Positions 51,312 to 59,967 of a stretch of 64,000 nucleotides of DNA are shown one piece after another (position 1 is the first letter of the stretch; the number at the start of each line of letters is the position of its first letter). The notes under the pieces are model-generated. The model made no database searches. It had not been told where the DNA came from and worked only from the letters and a program-made list of their open reading frames with translations. Source of the DNA: a virus (lineage: Duplodnaviria; Caudoviricetes); the IMG/VR virus record IMGVR_UViG_2630968317_000001, positions 1 to 64,000 of that record, one strand, 5' to 3'. A program made the translations under genes and the position numbers.

Positions 51312-51344
51312 TGTCCCGATTTCCGCCGTCCACATGCGACTGTA
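51310..51344 (+). promoter_or_regulatory. Phage motif copy 3
   Basis: AATGTCCCGATT-TCCGCCGTC-CACATGCGACTGTA, followed by TGAAAGCGAAAA as in copy 1. Confidence 0.8.
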
Positions 51345-51375
51345 TAAGTGAAAGCGAAAATAAGGAGCTGATCGT

Positions 51376-51546
51376 ATGCGAGAGACGATTAACCGAGGCG
51401 CTTTAATTGCGGCGTCCATCGTGCCGGCCTTTTGGTACGCACATGCAGCGGGCTTTTGGTGGTTCGTGGCGGCGGGAGCGCCGTTCTTACTATACGTGGT
51501 TACGCTACCGTTTGAGGACGGTAAGCCCACGAAGGAGGGCGAATAA
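51376..51546 (+). CDS. 56-aa membrane protein
   Basis: AAGGAG RBS; MRETINRGALIAASIVPAFW. Confidence 0.6.
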   Translation: MRETINRGALIAASIVPAFWYAHAAGFWWFVAAGAPFLLYVVTLPFEDGKPTKEGE

Positions 51547-51693
51547 ATGCGTTATATTCTAGCGGGAATAGTGATAGTCGGCACCGCGACGTGGCTGGAT
51601 TGTTTCAGACCATCTATCGCAGAGGCCGTAATCTACCTCGTTACTATTGCGGCGGCCTTACTCACGGGCGCGGTTAAAAAGGAGGACGAGTAG
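51547..51693 (+). CDS. 48-aa membrane protein
   Basis: AAGGAGG RBS; MRYILAGIVIVG. Confidence 0.55.
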   Translation: MRYILAGIVIVGTATWLDCFRPSIAEAVIYLVTIAAALLTGAVKKEDE

Positions 51694-51888
51694 ATGAGCG
51701 GAAATAATGATCCGTACTATAAGCCGGAAGTTCCGCAGTGGGTTAGCGATATTCTTCGTGCAGAAAAAGAGAAAAATCCGTTAGCTGCCCACGGTCGCTC
51801 GCGAAAATGGAGCAGTTGGAAGAGGAGTTATTCGCGAAAGTTAAAATACGCACGTTTAAACGGATGGACTATTGAGGAGGGTGAGTAG
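51694..51888 (+). CDS. DUF1642-like protein
   Basis: KPEVPQWVSD..ARLNGWTIE. Confidence 0.6.
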   Translation: MSGNNDPYYKPEVPQWVSDILRAEKEKNPLAAHGRSRKWSSWKRSYSRKLKYARLNGWTIEEGE

Positions 51889-52101
51889 ATGTTCAGAATT
51901 ATTATCGAAACTAAAAACAGCGTAAGGTATTCCGCAGATACTAATAACGAAGGTGTGTCTGACTTCACGGATGATCTAAATACCTGCGAAAATAACGAAT
52001 TTATCGTCCTCCATTGTAATCGAATTGACTGGGAGTACCATATCAGACGCGGTGAAATTACGGGAGTTACGATTAATCGCATCGGGGAGGCATCGCAATG
52101 A
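51889..52101 (+). CDS. Hypothetical protein
   Basis: GAGGAGG RBS. Confidence 0.55.
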   Translation: MFRIIIETKNSVRYSADTNNEGVSDFTDDLNTCENNEFIVLHCNRIDWEYHIRRGEITGVTINRIGEASQ

Positions 52102-52429
52102 ACGTAAATATTAAGCGGCTATCAGCCGACGCAACTACGCCAACATACGCACATTCGACGGACGCCTGCTTCGATCTATACGCGGCGACCGACGTCATTA
52201 TCGAGCCGGGCGAGACGGCATTAGTGCCTACGGGCCTCTTACGGTAAGTAGAGAAATCGATCGCATGATCGGTCATCATCCGAAATGGACGTATAAACTA
52301 CGCAAAGGAGATCGCATAGCTCAAGCGGTCATCAAACCGATAGAGCAAGCGACCTTTACAGTTGTGGATGCGTTGGAAGATACGGAACGAGGTGCGGGCG
52401 GCTTCGGGAGTAGCGGTGTTGGAAAATGA
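52098..52429 (+). pseudogene. dut: dUTPase with internal deletion and frameshift
   Basis: Motif 1 ACFDLY..VPTGL then stop; other frame has [17 protein letters not shown]; motifs 2 and 3 missing. Confidence 0.88.
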
Positions 52430-52926
52430 GATACAACTATCTAACAGTCATTGGCGATAAGATAGTTAAACGGTCTAGTATTGGCCGAAGATATTATTTA
52501 ACAAAATGTATCTGTGGAACTGAGAAATGGGTTCTTGCGCAAAATATTAAGAACGGAAGAACTAAAAGCTGTGGATGTATGAGTAGTGAGTTAAAGAGAA
52601 TTGGGAGCACAAAGCATGGTATGCATAGTACTAGAATTTATCAGATTTACGTGGATATGAAAGATAGATGTTTAAATAAGAACAACAAAAGATTTCATAG
52701 ATACGGAGGTAGAGGGATCAGTATTTGTAGTGACTGGTTAACCGGTTTCGAAGCTTTTTATAAATGGGCTATCGTAAACGGTTATCAAGATAATTTAACT
52801 ATTGAGCGGATCGATAACGACGGTAATTACTGCCCTGAAAATTGCAAGTGGGCAACTATGGAGGAACAACTTAAAAATAGGGATACTAGGAGGATGGGAC
52901 TTGGCAGAAACAAACATGTCGGTTGA
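52426..52926 (+). CDS. Free-standing HNH-type homing endonuclease
   Basis: [36 protein letters not shown]; AT-rich. Confidence 0.85.
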   Translation: MRYNYLTVIGDKIVKRSSIGRRYYLTKCICGTEKWVLAQNIKNGRTKSCGCMSSELKRIGSTKHGMHSTRIYQIYVDMKDRCLNKNNKRFHRYGGRGISICSDWLTGFEAFYKWAIVNGYQDNLTIERIDNDGNYCPENCKWATMEEQLKNRDTRRMGLGRNKHVG

Positions 52927-53710
52927 ATTAATGTTTCACACGCAGATTAGTGCCAAATTTAGAGAGAAATTACGGAAAGCCTCCGCCCAACTAGCGGAGA
53001 TGACGGACGGAAAGATTCTCGCGCTGACTGCCATCCGTACTTGTTATAGCGCAAATAAGCCGTCTGAAATTGCGATTAAAGAAGGAGCCAAGTATTTCGG
53101 ATCTGTAGCATCGGACGGCGACTCCGGGTCAGACGCGGATAGGCTTATTCGGCAGATTGTTGCGTCGAAACATACGTCTACTTTAGAAGGAATTACGTTC
53201 ACCTTTGCGATCGAAGGCGTCAGCCGAGCCTTATTAGCGCAGTTAACACGACACCGCGCGGGCTTTAGCTTCAGCGTCCAATCACAGCGTTATGTGCGAT
53301 TAGGCAGTGATGATAGGTCGGGCGGGTTCGATTACGTTGTCCCTGAAAAAGTAAGTACATCGCCAAAGACGATTACTGAAGAATTCGATCATTGCGACGG
53401 TCTTGAAATCGAACGGAGAGCATCGGATATCTTCTCGGAAGCGATGTCCAACGCCCAACAGGCATACGATAAATTGCGTGAAGCAGGCGTTCCCGCCGAA
53501 GATTGCCGAGCCGTCTTACCGCAAGCCGCAGCTACTAATCTCGTAATGACCGTCAACCTACGCGCTCTACTAGGTTTCTACGCTAAGAGACGAAAGGGCA
53601 ACGGCGCCCAGGCGGAAATCGCCGACCTAGCCGAAGCCTTACGCCGAGAAGTAACCGAAGTCGAGCCGTGGACTGCGCAATTCTTCGAGGGGGTGTCTGC
53701 ATCGGTATAA
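52901..53710 (+). CDS. thyX: FAD-dependent thymidylate synthase
   Basis: [31 protein letters not shown]; TTG after AGGAGG. Confidence 0.93.
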   Translation: MAETNMSVELMFHTQISAKFREKLRKASAQLAEMTDGKILALTAIRTCYSANKPSEIAIKEGAKYFGSVASDGDSGSDADRLIRQIVASKHTSTLEGITFTFAIEGVSRALLAQLTRHRAGFSFSVQSQRYVRLGSDDRSGGFDYVVPEKVSTSPKTITEEFDHCDGLEIERRASDIFSEAMSNAQQAYDKLREAGVPAEDCRAVLPQAAATNLVMTVNLRALLGFYAKRRKGNGAQAEIADLAEALRREVTEVEPWTAQFFEGVSASV

Positions 53711-54204
53711 TGACGACCATGACGCTTGCGTGCGGCTTATTATGTACGCAGCAACCAGCGGCGGAAATACCAGCGCCAATATTAACGGCTGATCAAGCGG
53801 CTTTACAGCGAGCTAACCAACGCATCAAGACGTTAGAGGACGAAGTAAAGGCGCTTAAAGAGACGAAGCACGTAGTCAAACGCAAGCAAAAAGCGCCGAA
53901 ACTAGCGCAAACTTACGAAGTGACTGCGTACACAAACGGCGCCGAGTCTACCGGGAAGTCAGCCGGTGACCCTGACTACGGCGTAACGGCAAGCGGCGCG
54001 CGCACCAAAACGGGCCATACGATTGCCTGCCCGCCGTCAATGGCGTTCGGGACCCGGCTGAATATCGAGGACATCGGCGTTAGGACATGCGAAGACCGAG
54101 GCGGCGCAATTACGGAAGGACATATCGATCTGTACGTTGCGGGCGTGGCTGAGGCGCAGGCATTTGGACGTCAGCGGCTAAAGGCGGAAATCATAACGAA
54201 ATAG
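53710..54204 (+). CDS. 3D-domain (cell wall) protein
   Basis: VTAYT..GVTASG..CEDRGGAI..HIDLY. Confidence 0.88.
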   Translation: MTTMTLACGLLCTQQPAAEIPAPILTADQAALQRANQRIKTLEDEVKALKETKHVVKRKQKAPKLAQTYEVTAYTNGAESTGKSAGDPDYGVTASGARTKTGHTIACPPSMAFGTRLNIEDIGVRTCEDRGGAITEGHIDLYVAGVAEAQAFGRQRLKAEIITK

Positions 54205-54218
54205 GGAGGCGGCTATAG

Positions 54219-55070
54219 ATGATTCACGTACTAAAGGACGAAAAGCTCGGCGTTGATCGCGAATATGTTGCGGTAGATAGAAACGCAGAAGTTGGCGAGA
54301 CGATCGTAATTGTAGAGAAGAGTAATAGTCAAGATCCGTATAATGAAGGCGATGTTTTTACGGTAGATACTCTTTCGGAATTGGAGGATTTCGTACGAAG
54401 TTCTGCGGCCATTTCTGACTTCAGCGAGAAAGGGACTATATTTCATACGGAATACCACGTACTCGAACCGACCGACATCGTCCACATTGACGGAGAGCGC
54501 TACCGTTTAGAAGATCGTAAGGCGGAAGTGGGCGAAAAGATTATCGTAACTAAAAGCTACGACATGCCGATCGGTCATATCAGCGTGGTGAAAGGTATTG
54601 ACGTCAGTTATGACGATGGTTCTTGTTATTTGGAAGACGCACGCGGCGGTGAGGATTATTTCGACGGAGAAAGCGACCAGCTTCTTGTCCTGACTCCGGT
54701 TCAAGACGATGCCGAGGCGCAAGAATCCGACGTCATCACCGTCCTTGCCAATCTAGGCGCAGAGGTGGCGGAATTAAAACGGAAAAACGACCGATTCGAG
54801 CAAGCCCTCGGATGGAACGAAATGGGGCCAAGTCATATACCGAGTCTCCGTAACGGATTAGACGTGCTTAAATCGGTTATCTCGGAATTAGAAGATAAAT
54901 ATGAATCGGAGCTTGAACGTATGCAGTCCGAAATTAACGCCCTGCACGAAGATAAAGTCCGTCTCGGCGAACAGCTCGCAAAGGTGACGGCAGACGGCAC
55001 GAAAGCCTTGTCGTTCACTGCGGCTGATCTTGCGCAGGTAATCGTAAGTCTAAAGAAGGCCGGCCTATGA
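54219..55070 (+). CDS. SH3/KOW-repeat plus coiled-coil phage protein
   Basis: DRNAEVGETIVI, DRKAEVGEKIIV. Confidence 0.65.
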   Translation: MIHVLKDEKLGVDREYVAVDRNAEVGETIVIVEKSNSQDPYNEGDVFTVDTLSELEDFVRSSAAISDFSEKGTIFHTEYHVLEPTDIVHIDGERYRLEDRKAEVGEKIIVTKSYDMPIGHISVVKGIDVSYDDGSCYLEDARGGEDYFDGESDQLLVLTPVQDDAEAQESDVITVLANLGAEVAELKRKNDRFEQALGWNEMGPSHIPSLRNGLDVLKSVISELEDKYESELERMQSEINALHEDKVRLGEQLAKVTADGTKALSFTAADLAQVIVSLKKAGL

Positions 55071-55627
55071 AGCTCGCAATCACGGGTAAGCTAGGCGCAG
55101 GCAAAGACGCAGCCGTCGATTATCTCGTATCCATGTACGAATTATTTCCGTTCACGTTTTCCGCAAAAGGTAAGGCGCTCTTCTACGAACTGTTTCCGGA
55201 AATGCGCGGCGACGCCAAACAGCGCCAGCCTATGCGTGATTTCATTAACGGAATCACCGAATTAGACGTGCCTGGCGCTAAAGACGTGTGGGTCGATTAT
55301 TTGTTCCGCCGCATTGAAGACCACGATAAGCTGCGCTGCTGCCGAGATAGCCGCATATTGATCACGGACATTCGGAAGCCGGCTGAATACGAACGAGCCA
55401 AGGCGGAAGGGTTTACGATACTACGCATTACTGCACCGGACGAACTGCGCATTGAACGCGCCAAAAGACGAGGCGACAAATTCAAGGTGGACGACTTAAA
55501 CCATCCGACAGAAACGGCGCTCGACGGATTCGAAGTCGATTATGAGATCGTAAATGACGGAACACTTGGCGACCTATATGCGCGGCTGGACGAAATTATG
55601 GCCGATCAACTCAAAGAGAACGCGTAA
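55067..55627 (+). CDS. Deoxynucleoside monophosphate kinase
   Basis: GKLGAGKD, ITDIRKPAE, HPTE, NDGT. Confidence 0.85.
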   Translation: MKLAITGKLGAGKDAAVDYLVSMYELFPFTFSAKGKALFYELFPEMRGDAKQRQPMRDFINGITELDVPGAKDVWVDYLFRRIEDHDKLRCCRDSRILITDIRKPAEYERAKAEGFTILRITAPDELRIERAKRRGDKFKVDDLNHPTETALDGFEVDYEIVNDGTLGDLYARLDEIMADQLKENA

Positions 55628-55980
55628 GTACCTTTCGGATAGGCTAGATGCGGCTGCTTAGACGCCTCGCCGTCGCCAATCAAATAGAAGCGTAGCGGTA
55701 GCTCGCGATCTTCGAGACCGGCCCCTTCTAATACGTGTCGAGCACGGTTACTATACGAATCTTTATCGAACTGGAACGGCTGAGTATCCGTTTTTACCAT
55801 TTCCGGCTTTGCAACGACTAGGCATTTAGCTTCGGCGTCGTAGCCAATCACTAGTTGAAACCTAGTATTGGGCGGTATTCCAATTAAAGCTTTTGCCGCA
55901 GCGTTTACGTAGATACGTCGCTGACTATCTAACGTTATGAAGGCGGTATTACTAACCGCGGAAATCCATTCTATTGCCAT
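55606..55980 (-). CDS. Counter-oriented gene with its own promoter; AbrB-like start
   Basis: ITLDSQRRIYV; TTGCTT-17-TATAAT at 56039-56011; RBS GAGGTG. Confidence 0.7.
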   Translation of the reverse strand: MAIEWISAVSNTAFITLDSQRRIYVNAAAKALIGIPPNTRFQLVIGYDAEAKCLVVAKPEMVKTDTQPFQFDKDSYSNRARHVLEGAGLEDRELPLRFYLIGDGEASKQPHLAYPKGTYAFSLS

Positions 55981-56057
55981 ACGGATACACCTCGCTTATT
56001 TTATATGACGATTATAGACGATTCACAGGCGGAAAGCAAACGAAGGAGGCGGTATTA

Positions 56058-56432
56058 TTGGGCGCATCGACGAACAAGCCCGACCAGCACTTACGATATG
56101 AAACGCAATACAAACTCGACGGACCCGACGGCGTCAAGGCGCTTCTAGCCGATTATACAACGCTCAGACAGCGGCGCTTCTTAGGCGACATGGCTGCTTG
56201 CGATATTCTGATCGACCTATGTCGCGCTATTGAATTGGCGGCGCTGACCGGAAAGCAATACGAAGCCCTGCGCCTAGTCTATTTCGATGACCTATCGCAA
56301 ACACAGGCGGGTGCGGCGCTCGGTATTACGCAGCAAGCCGTTGACTATGCGATTAATGCTGCGATAAATAAGATCGTCGACATTTACTACTATTGGGCGT
56401 CGCACGGCGAAGGTTACGGAGGTTCGATATGA
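56058..56432 (+). CDS. Sigma70 region-4 HTH protein (late regulator-like)
   Basis: LTGKQYEALRLVYFDDLSQTQAGAALGITQQAV. Confidence 0.75.
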   Translation: MGASTNKPDQHLRYETQYKLDGPDGVKALLADYTTLRQRRFLGDMAACDILIDLCRAIELAALTGKQYEALRLVYFDDLSQTQAGAALGITQQAVDYAINAAINKIVDIYYYWASHGEGYGGSI

Positions 56433-56635
56433 ACTTATATAGATACGCTCATCAAACGGACGAAGGCGAGCTTATCCGATGCTTATTTATAGACGTATGG
56501 AAATATCGGGTATTAATTGCGCTAGCTCAAACTAATTGGGAAACGAGCGGTCAACCGAGACGCATACCAATATACGCAAGTAAGAACGATCTAATGATTT
56601 ATCGTTTTGCAATTAGATTCGGAGTACGTAAGTAA
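56429..56635 (+). CDS. Hypothetical protein
   Basis: GGAGG RBS, ATGA overlap. Confidence 0.5.
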   Translation: MNLYRYAHQTDEGELIRCLFIDVWKYRVLIALAQTNWETSGQPRRIPIYASKNDLMIYRFAIRFGVRK

Positions 56636-56649
56636 AGGAGGGCGCCTAA

Positions 56650-57138
56650 TTGACGAAGGAAGAACTACACGAAGCCATTACGGATATATACGAACGTACA
56701 AAAGCTGGCGCCATAGAGCGTGAAGAACGTATCGGAGAAATAGAGGCTTTACTCGCGACTTATGACGGCACACCGCCGGCAAACACGCTGGAACGTCTAT
56801 CCGACTTAATCTTATACGAAGAACTCTCGGATACGCGCCGCAATAAAATGACGGCCGAAGAGTATCCGATCATGTCCGAGCGTATGGAAAAAACACGCAA
56901 GACTGGCGAAGCGTCCGATAAGATGGCCGAGGAATACGATAGCACCGGCACCAATCGCGGCGTACCTAAGCGACGCACTCGGTCACCATACGATAATCTA
57001 TTCACGGACCGTCACGCAAAAGCGCGTAATAAAACGGCTCGCAGGCGATATAACGATTTCGTCAACGGAAAGTCTAGCGGACAATTCACCGTAAATATAG
57101 CAACCGGCTTCAAAACGGTAAGGTCAGACGCTCAATAG
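56650..57138 (+). CDS. Hypothetical phage protein
   Basis: LERLSDLILYEELSD..EEYPIMSE. Confidence 0.65.
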   Translation: MTKEELHEAITDIYERTKAGAIEREERIGEIEALLATYDGTPPANTLERLSDLILYEELSDTRRNKMTAEEYPIMSERMEKTRKTGEASDKMAEEYDSTGTNRGVPKRRTRSPYDNLFTDRHAKARNKTARRRYNDFVNGKSSGQFTVNIATGFKTVRSDAQ

Positions 57139-57176
57139 GCGTCTTTTGTTTTGCGATAAATACGAAAAGGGGCGGT

Positions 57177-58016
57177 ATGATGAGGTATGATCGCGTAGTA
57201 AATGAGGACGGAGAACTCGGCGTATTTGTGCCGGACGCCATAAAAGCCGTCATTAGGACGCCGGAAGAACTCGAAAAGGCGCGCCTGCGAGCGACCTTAG
57301 CGCCAAAGAAACGATTTCATCATGGACGCAATTACATCGTATCTTACAACGATACGTTGAGCGCTATTATTCGCGACCTATCACTTACGGAAGCCGGCGC
57401 AATGGTTAAAATCATGCTTCAGCTACGCATCAAAAGCGACGGCAAGCTCGTAAAAGGGGCGGCCGGGGAACCGATGAATAAGTCGGACATAGCTCGCTTG
57501 CTTGACCGTAGCCGCTCGAATGCTAATGCGCTGGTCGGTCGATTGGCTGAACTCGGCTTGATCGAACTGAAAGACGACGGCATTTACGTCAGCAGCCGTT
57601 TTCATACGATGGGCGGCCGCATCAAAAACGAAGTATTTACGAAAGTCTATACGGTTAAGGCACGGCAGACCATCGCTAATCTGCGCCTAAACGAAATCGG
57701 CATGCTGTATAAGATTATTCCGTTCTTTCATTATAGCGAGTATTATCTTTGCGCAGATCCCAACGCAGAAAAGGCGGACATTGATTACATCGGCCGCGAA
57801 ACGTTAGCCGAATTAATCGGACACGATGCATCGACGGTCTCGAAAATCATGGGACGTCTGCAAGGCGTAGGCGCCGTATTAGTCACCGGAACGCGCAACG
57901 AAGTACGTTACTTAGTGCACCCGGATTTACTGTTTCGCCAGCCTGAAGGCTTTAAAACGGAATGGACGGTAGCCGTGCGAAAGTTATTCGATGACCACGC
58001 CAAGAAGTCGCGTTAA
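57177..58016 (+). CDS. Tandem wHTH (RepL-like) DNA-binding protein
   Basis: Two repeated units: LSLTEAG..NKSDIARLL..YVSSRF and LRLNEIG..RETLAELI..YLVHPDL. Confidence 0.65.
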   Translation: MMRYDRVVNEDGELGVFVPDAIKAVIRTPEELEKARLRATLAPKKRFHHGRNYIVSYNDTLSAIIRDLSLTEAGAMVKIMLQLRIKSDGKLVKGAAGEPMNKSDIARLLDRSRSNANALVGRLAELGLIELKDDGIYVSSRFHTMGGRIKNEVFTKVYTVKARQTIANLRLNEIGMLYKIIPFFHYSEYYLCADPNAEKADIDYIGRETLAELIGHDASTVSKIMGRLQGVGAVLVTGTRNEVRYLVHPDLLFRQPEGFKTEWTVAVRKLFDDHAKKSR

Positions 58017-58023
58017 ATAAACG

Positions 58024-58057
58024 AAAAAGGACGCCTACGAGGGCGTCTTTATTTTTG
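58024..58057. terminator. Bidirectional terminator
   Basis: AAAAAGGACGCC..GGCGTCTTTT. Confidence 0.8.
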
Positions 58058-58059
58058 CG

Positions 58060-58245
58060 CTATATTCGCTTAGTCATTCCGCATTTCGAACATTTACGGA
58101 GAAATACCCCGCCTTTGATCGAACTGTTAAACTTCGATGTATCACAATTGTCACACCGTCCGCTCTTAACGTCCGGCATCTCGCGAACATCATAAACGAC
58201 AGATACGTCATAATCGCCTGGCTGCGGTCTATTCACGTCTTTCAC
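58060..58245 (-). CDS. Zn-ribbon protein
   Basis: CDNC..CSKCG. Confidence 0.65.
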   Translation of the reverse strand: MKDVNRPQPGDYDVSVVYDVREMPDVKSGRCDNCDTSKFNSSIKGGVFLRKCSKCGMTKRI

Positions 58246-58279
58246 CTCACAACCTTCGTATTATAACGTATCTATGCGC

Positions 58280-58411
58280 TTATTTAAACAATCTTCCGAA
58301 AGCTCTTCCGACGCTGCGTCGCACGATCCGTCCGCGTACGTCGTTCTTTTTCACCGCGTTAACGTCTCCCAAAAACCTAGCCCATCCGTACAAGAATCTG
58401 CGGAAATTCAT
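58280..58411 (-). CDS. 43-aa highly basic amphipathic peptide (not in ORF track)
   Basis: AAGGAGG RBS; MNFRRFLYGWARFLGDVNAVKKNDVRGRIVRRSVGRAFGRLFK. Confidence 0.65.
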   Translation of the reverse strand: MNFRRFLYGWARFLGDVNAVKKNDVRGRIVRRSVGRAFGRLFK

Positions 58412-58440
58412 ATCGTCGTCCTCCTTCGTATTTTAGACGC

Positions 58441-58824
58441 CTACCACCGAGTCACTGCGAAGTCTTTCGATAGGTAAGTACCGATTTTCTTCGTCTTGGC
58501 TGCGTTGCTATAAGCCGTCAGTTTAATCCGGTATTGCCCGTTCGTCATAGTCGAAGTATAGAAGCGTTTGATCGGCGTGCTTTTAACGAACTCGCCACTC
58601 AACGATTGTTTCGACTTCCATCCGTCTGTATACTGTTGCTGCAAAGTCATCGTGTAATATACGCGGCTGCCGCTGCTTTTCGATGCCACTACGTCCACTG
58701 ACGTCGCCTTAGGCGTGTAGTATGGGGCGTCAACCTTAACCGTAATAGAAGCCGCATTGGCTGGCGTTGTAAGTCCGAGCGTCATAAGTACAACCGCAAT
58801 TGTTATCGTAATAAAACGTTTCAT
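58441..58824 (-). CDS. Secreted beta-rich protein
   Basis: Signal peptide MKRFITITIAVVLMTLGLTTPANA. Confidence 0.75.
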   Translation of the reverse strand: MKRFITITIAVVLMTLGLTTPANAASITVKVDAPYYTPKATSVDVVASKSSGSRVYYTMTLQQQYTDGWKSKQSLSGEFVKSTPIKRFYTSTMTNGQYRIKLTAYSNAAKTKKIGTYLSKDFAVTRW

Positions 58825-59000
58825 TATTCAACATCTCCTTCGAGTTTTATATCGTATCCGAACGCGATCAGAGCGAGTCTAAAGCCGAAGTCAAAGCCGG
58901 CAGGCGCATCGTCGCGTTCTCTTTTAAATAGTTCGGCGGCTCGCTGTAGCGGATCGGCTACAGCTTGGGTTCCGTCTAAGGCCGTCAATTTTACGTCCAC
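58824..59000 (-). CDS. Hypothetical protein
   Basis: GTG after GAGGAGG. Confidence 0.55.
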   Translation of the reverse strand: MDVKLTALDGTQAVADPLQRAAELFKRERDDAPAGFDFGFRLALIAFGYDIKLEGDVE

Positions 59001-59116
59001 TAAGCGATCTCCTCCTCGATGTTTAGAAGGCCGCCGCAATTCGGACATTTAGCGGCCATTTCGATTTCTACGTCTAGCCGGGCGAATGAACAGTCCGGAC
59101 AGTTATACTCGATCAT
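59000..59116 (-). CDS. 38-aa Zn-ribbon peptide
   Basis: GGAGG RBS; MIEYNCPDC..KCPNCGG. Confidence 0.55.
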   Translation of the reverse strand: MIEYNCPDCSFARLDVEIEMAAKCPNCGGLLNIEEEIA

Positions 59117-59202
59117 AGTCAGCGATTCCTCCACGATTTTAGTACGCCAGCGCCGTCTTAGTTGCGTCTTAGGGTCGTAGGTAGGGACGGCTGCCCGACG
59201 TC

Positions 59203-59361
59203 TTATTTCATTAGCGATTTTAAAGCGACCGTAAAGCCGAAAATGACTAACGTTGCAATGGCTGCGCAGTCAATCGGCTGCATTGAACCGTAATCCAAAA
59301 ACGCTATCCAGGCGATCAAAACGATAATGAGCAACGTATCAAGCGTATTAATTTTGCGCAT
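59203..59361 (-). CDS. 52-aa two-TM protein, YonU-like
   Basis: MRKINTLDTLLIIVLIAWIAFLDYGSMQPIDCAAIATLVIFGFTVALKSLMK. Confidence 0.6.
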   Translation of the reverse strand: MRKINTLDTLLIIVLIAWIAFLDYGSMQPIDCAAIATLVIFGFTVALKSLMK

Positions 59362-59379
59362 GTGTGGTATAATTGATTG

Positions 59380-59447
59380 AACCGGGGCGCTAAGCCCCGT
59401 CCGTTTACTTGCGACGTTTCTTCTTGGAGGGAGACCGTCGCTTTTTC
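59380..59447 (+). ncRNA. Putative SR6-like antisense antitoxin RNA
   Basis: TGgTATAAT at 59365-59373; hairpin GGGGC..GCCCC; terminator GCGACG..CGTCGC+TTTTT covering the toxin 3' end. Confidence 0.6.
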
Positions 59448-59530
59448 ATTGCCTTGATTTCCATCGCGGTTTTGATGATCGCCAACCACGACGCAAGCAA
59501 GACGGATATTTTAGTAGCTAGTTCAATCAA
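59405..59530 (-). CDS. 41-aa YonT-like type I toxin: MIELATKISVLLASWLAIIKTAMEIKAMKKRRSPSKKKRRK
   Basis: AAAGGAGGTG RBS + TTG; TM helix and polybasic tail. Confidence 0.7.
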   Translation of the reverse strand: MIELATKISVLLASWLAIIKTAMEIKAMKKRRSPSKKKRRK

Positions 59531-59557
59531 TCGTGTTCACCTCCTTTCTGTACTTTT

Positions 59558-59586
59558 ATTATAACGTATAAGCGTTATAACGTCAA
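59558..59586 (-). promoter_or_regulatory. Strong sigmaA promoter TTGACG-17-TATAAT overlapped by palindrome TTATAACG-N6-CGTTATAA
   Basis: Read directly; divergent HTH gene adjacent. Confidence 0.75.
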
Positions 59587-59644
59587 TGCGTTATTTACAA
59601 AAATATCGTATTTGCGTTATAATTTTCGTAGGAGGTGTCGGAAT

Positions 59645-59857
59645 ATGAACGTCAAACTTAAAATTGGCGAGCTTATCGAGCGGCGGAATATAACGCAAAC
59701 AACCCTTGCGGAACTGACCGGTATAAGACCTAGCGCAATAAGCGACCTGTGTCGTAATAGAAGAGATCGGGTGCAGCTCGACCATTTGGCGAAGATAGCA
59801 GCGGCACTGGACGTAAAAGACATACGGGAACTGATCGATATAGAGAACGAAGAGTAG
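59645..59857 (+). CDS. Xre/HTH_26 repressor
   Basis: LIERRNITQTTLAELTGIRPSAISDLCRN; AGGAGGTG RBS. Confidence 0.85.
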   Translation: MNVKLKIGELIERRNITQTTLAELTGIRPSAISDLCRNRRDRVQLDHLAKIAAALDVKDIRELIDIENEE

Positions 59858-59887
59858 AGACGTTCAGGGCGAGCGTCTCTTTTTTTG
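59856..59887 (+). terminator. Terminator
   Basis: AGAGACGTTC..GAGCGTCTCT + T run. Confidence 0.8.
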
Positions 59888-59911
59888 CGCCTGAAAAACG
59901 GGCAGCCGACG

Positions 59912-59967
59912 TTTCAGTGTGGCGAAAACAGAACAAAACGGCCTTTCAGTGTGGCGAAAACAGAACA
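59912..59967 (+). repeat. Two perfect 24-bp direct repeats TTTCAGTGTGGCGAAAACAGAACA
   Basis: Starts at 59912 and 59944 (32-bp period). Confidence 0.9.

Noticed and set aside
59912-59967. 24-bp direct repeats as a mini-CRISPR
   Set aside because: Only two copies with an 8-bp spacer, which is too short; iteron-like spacing fits better.
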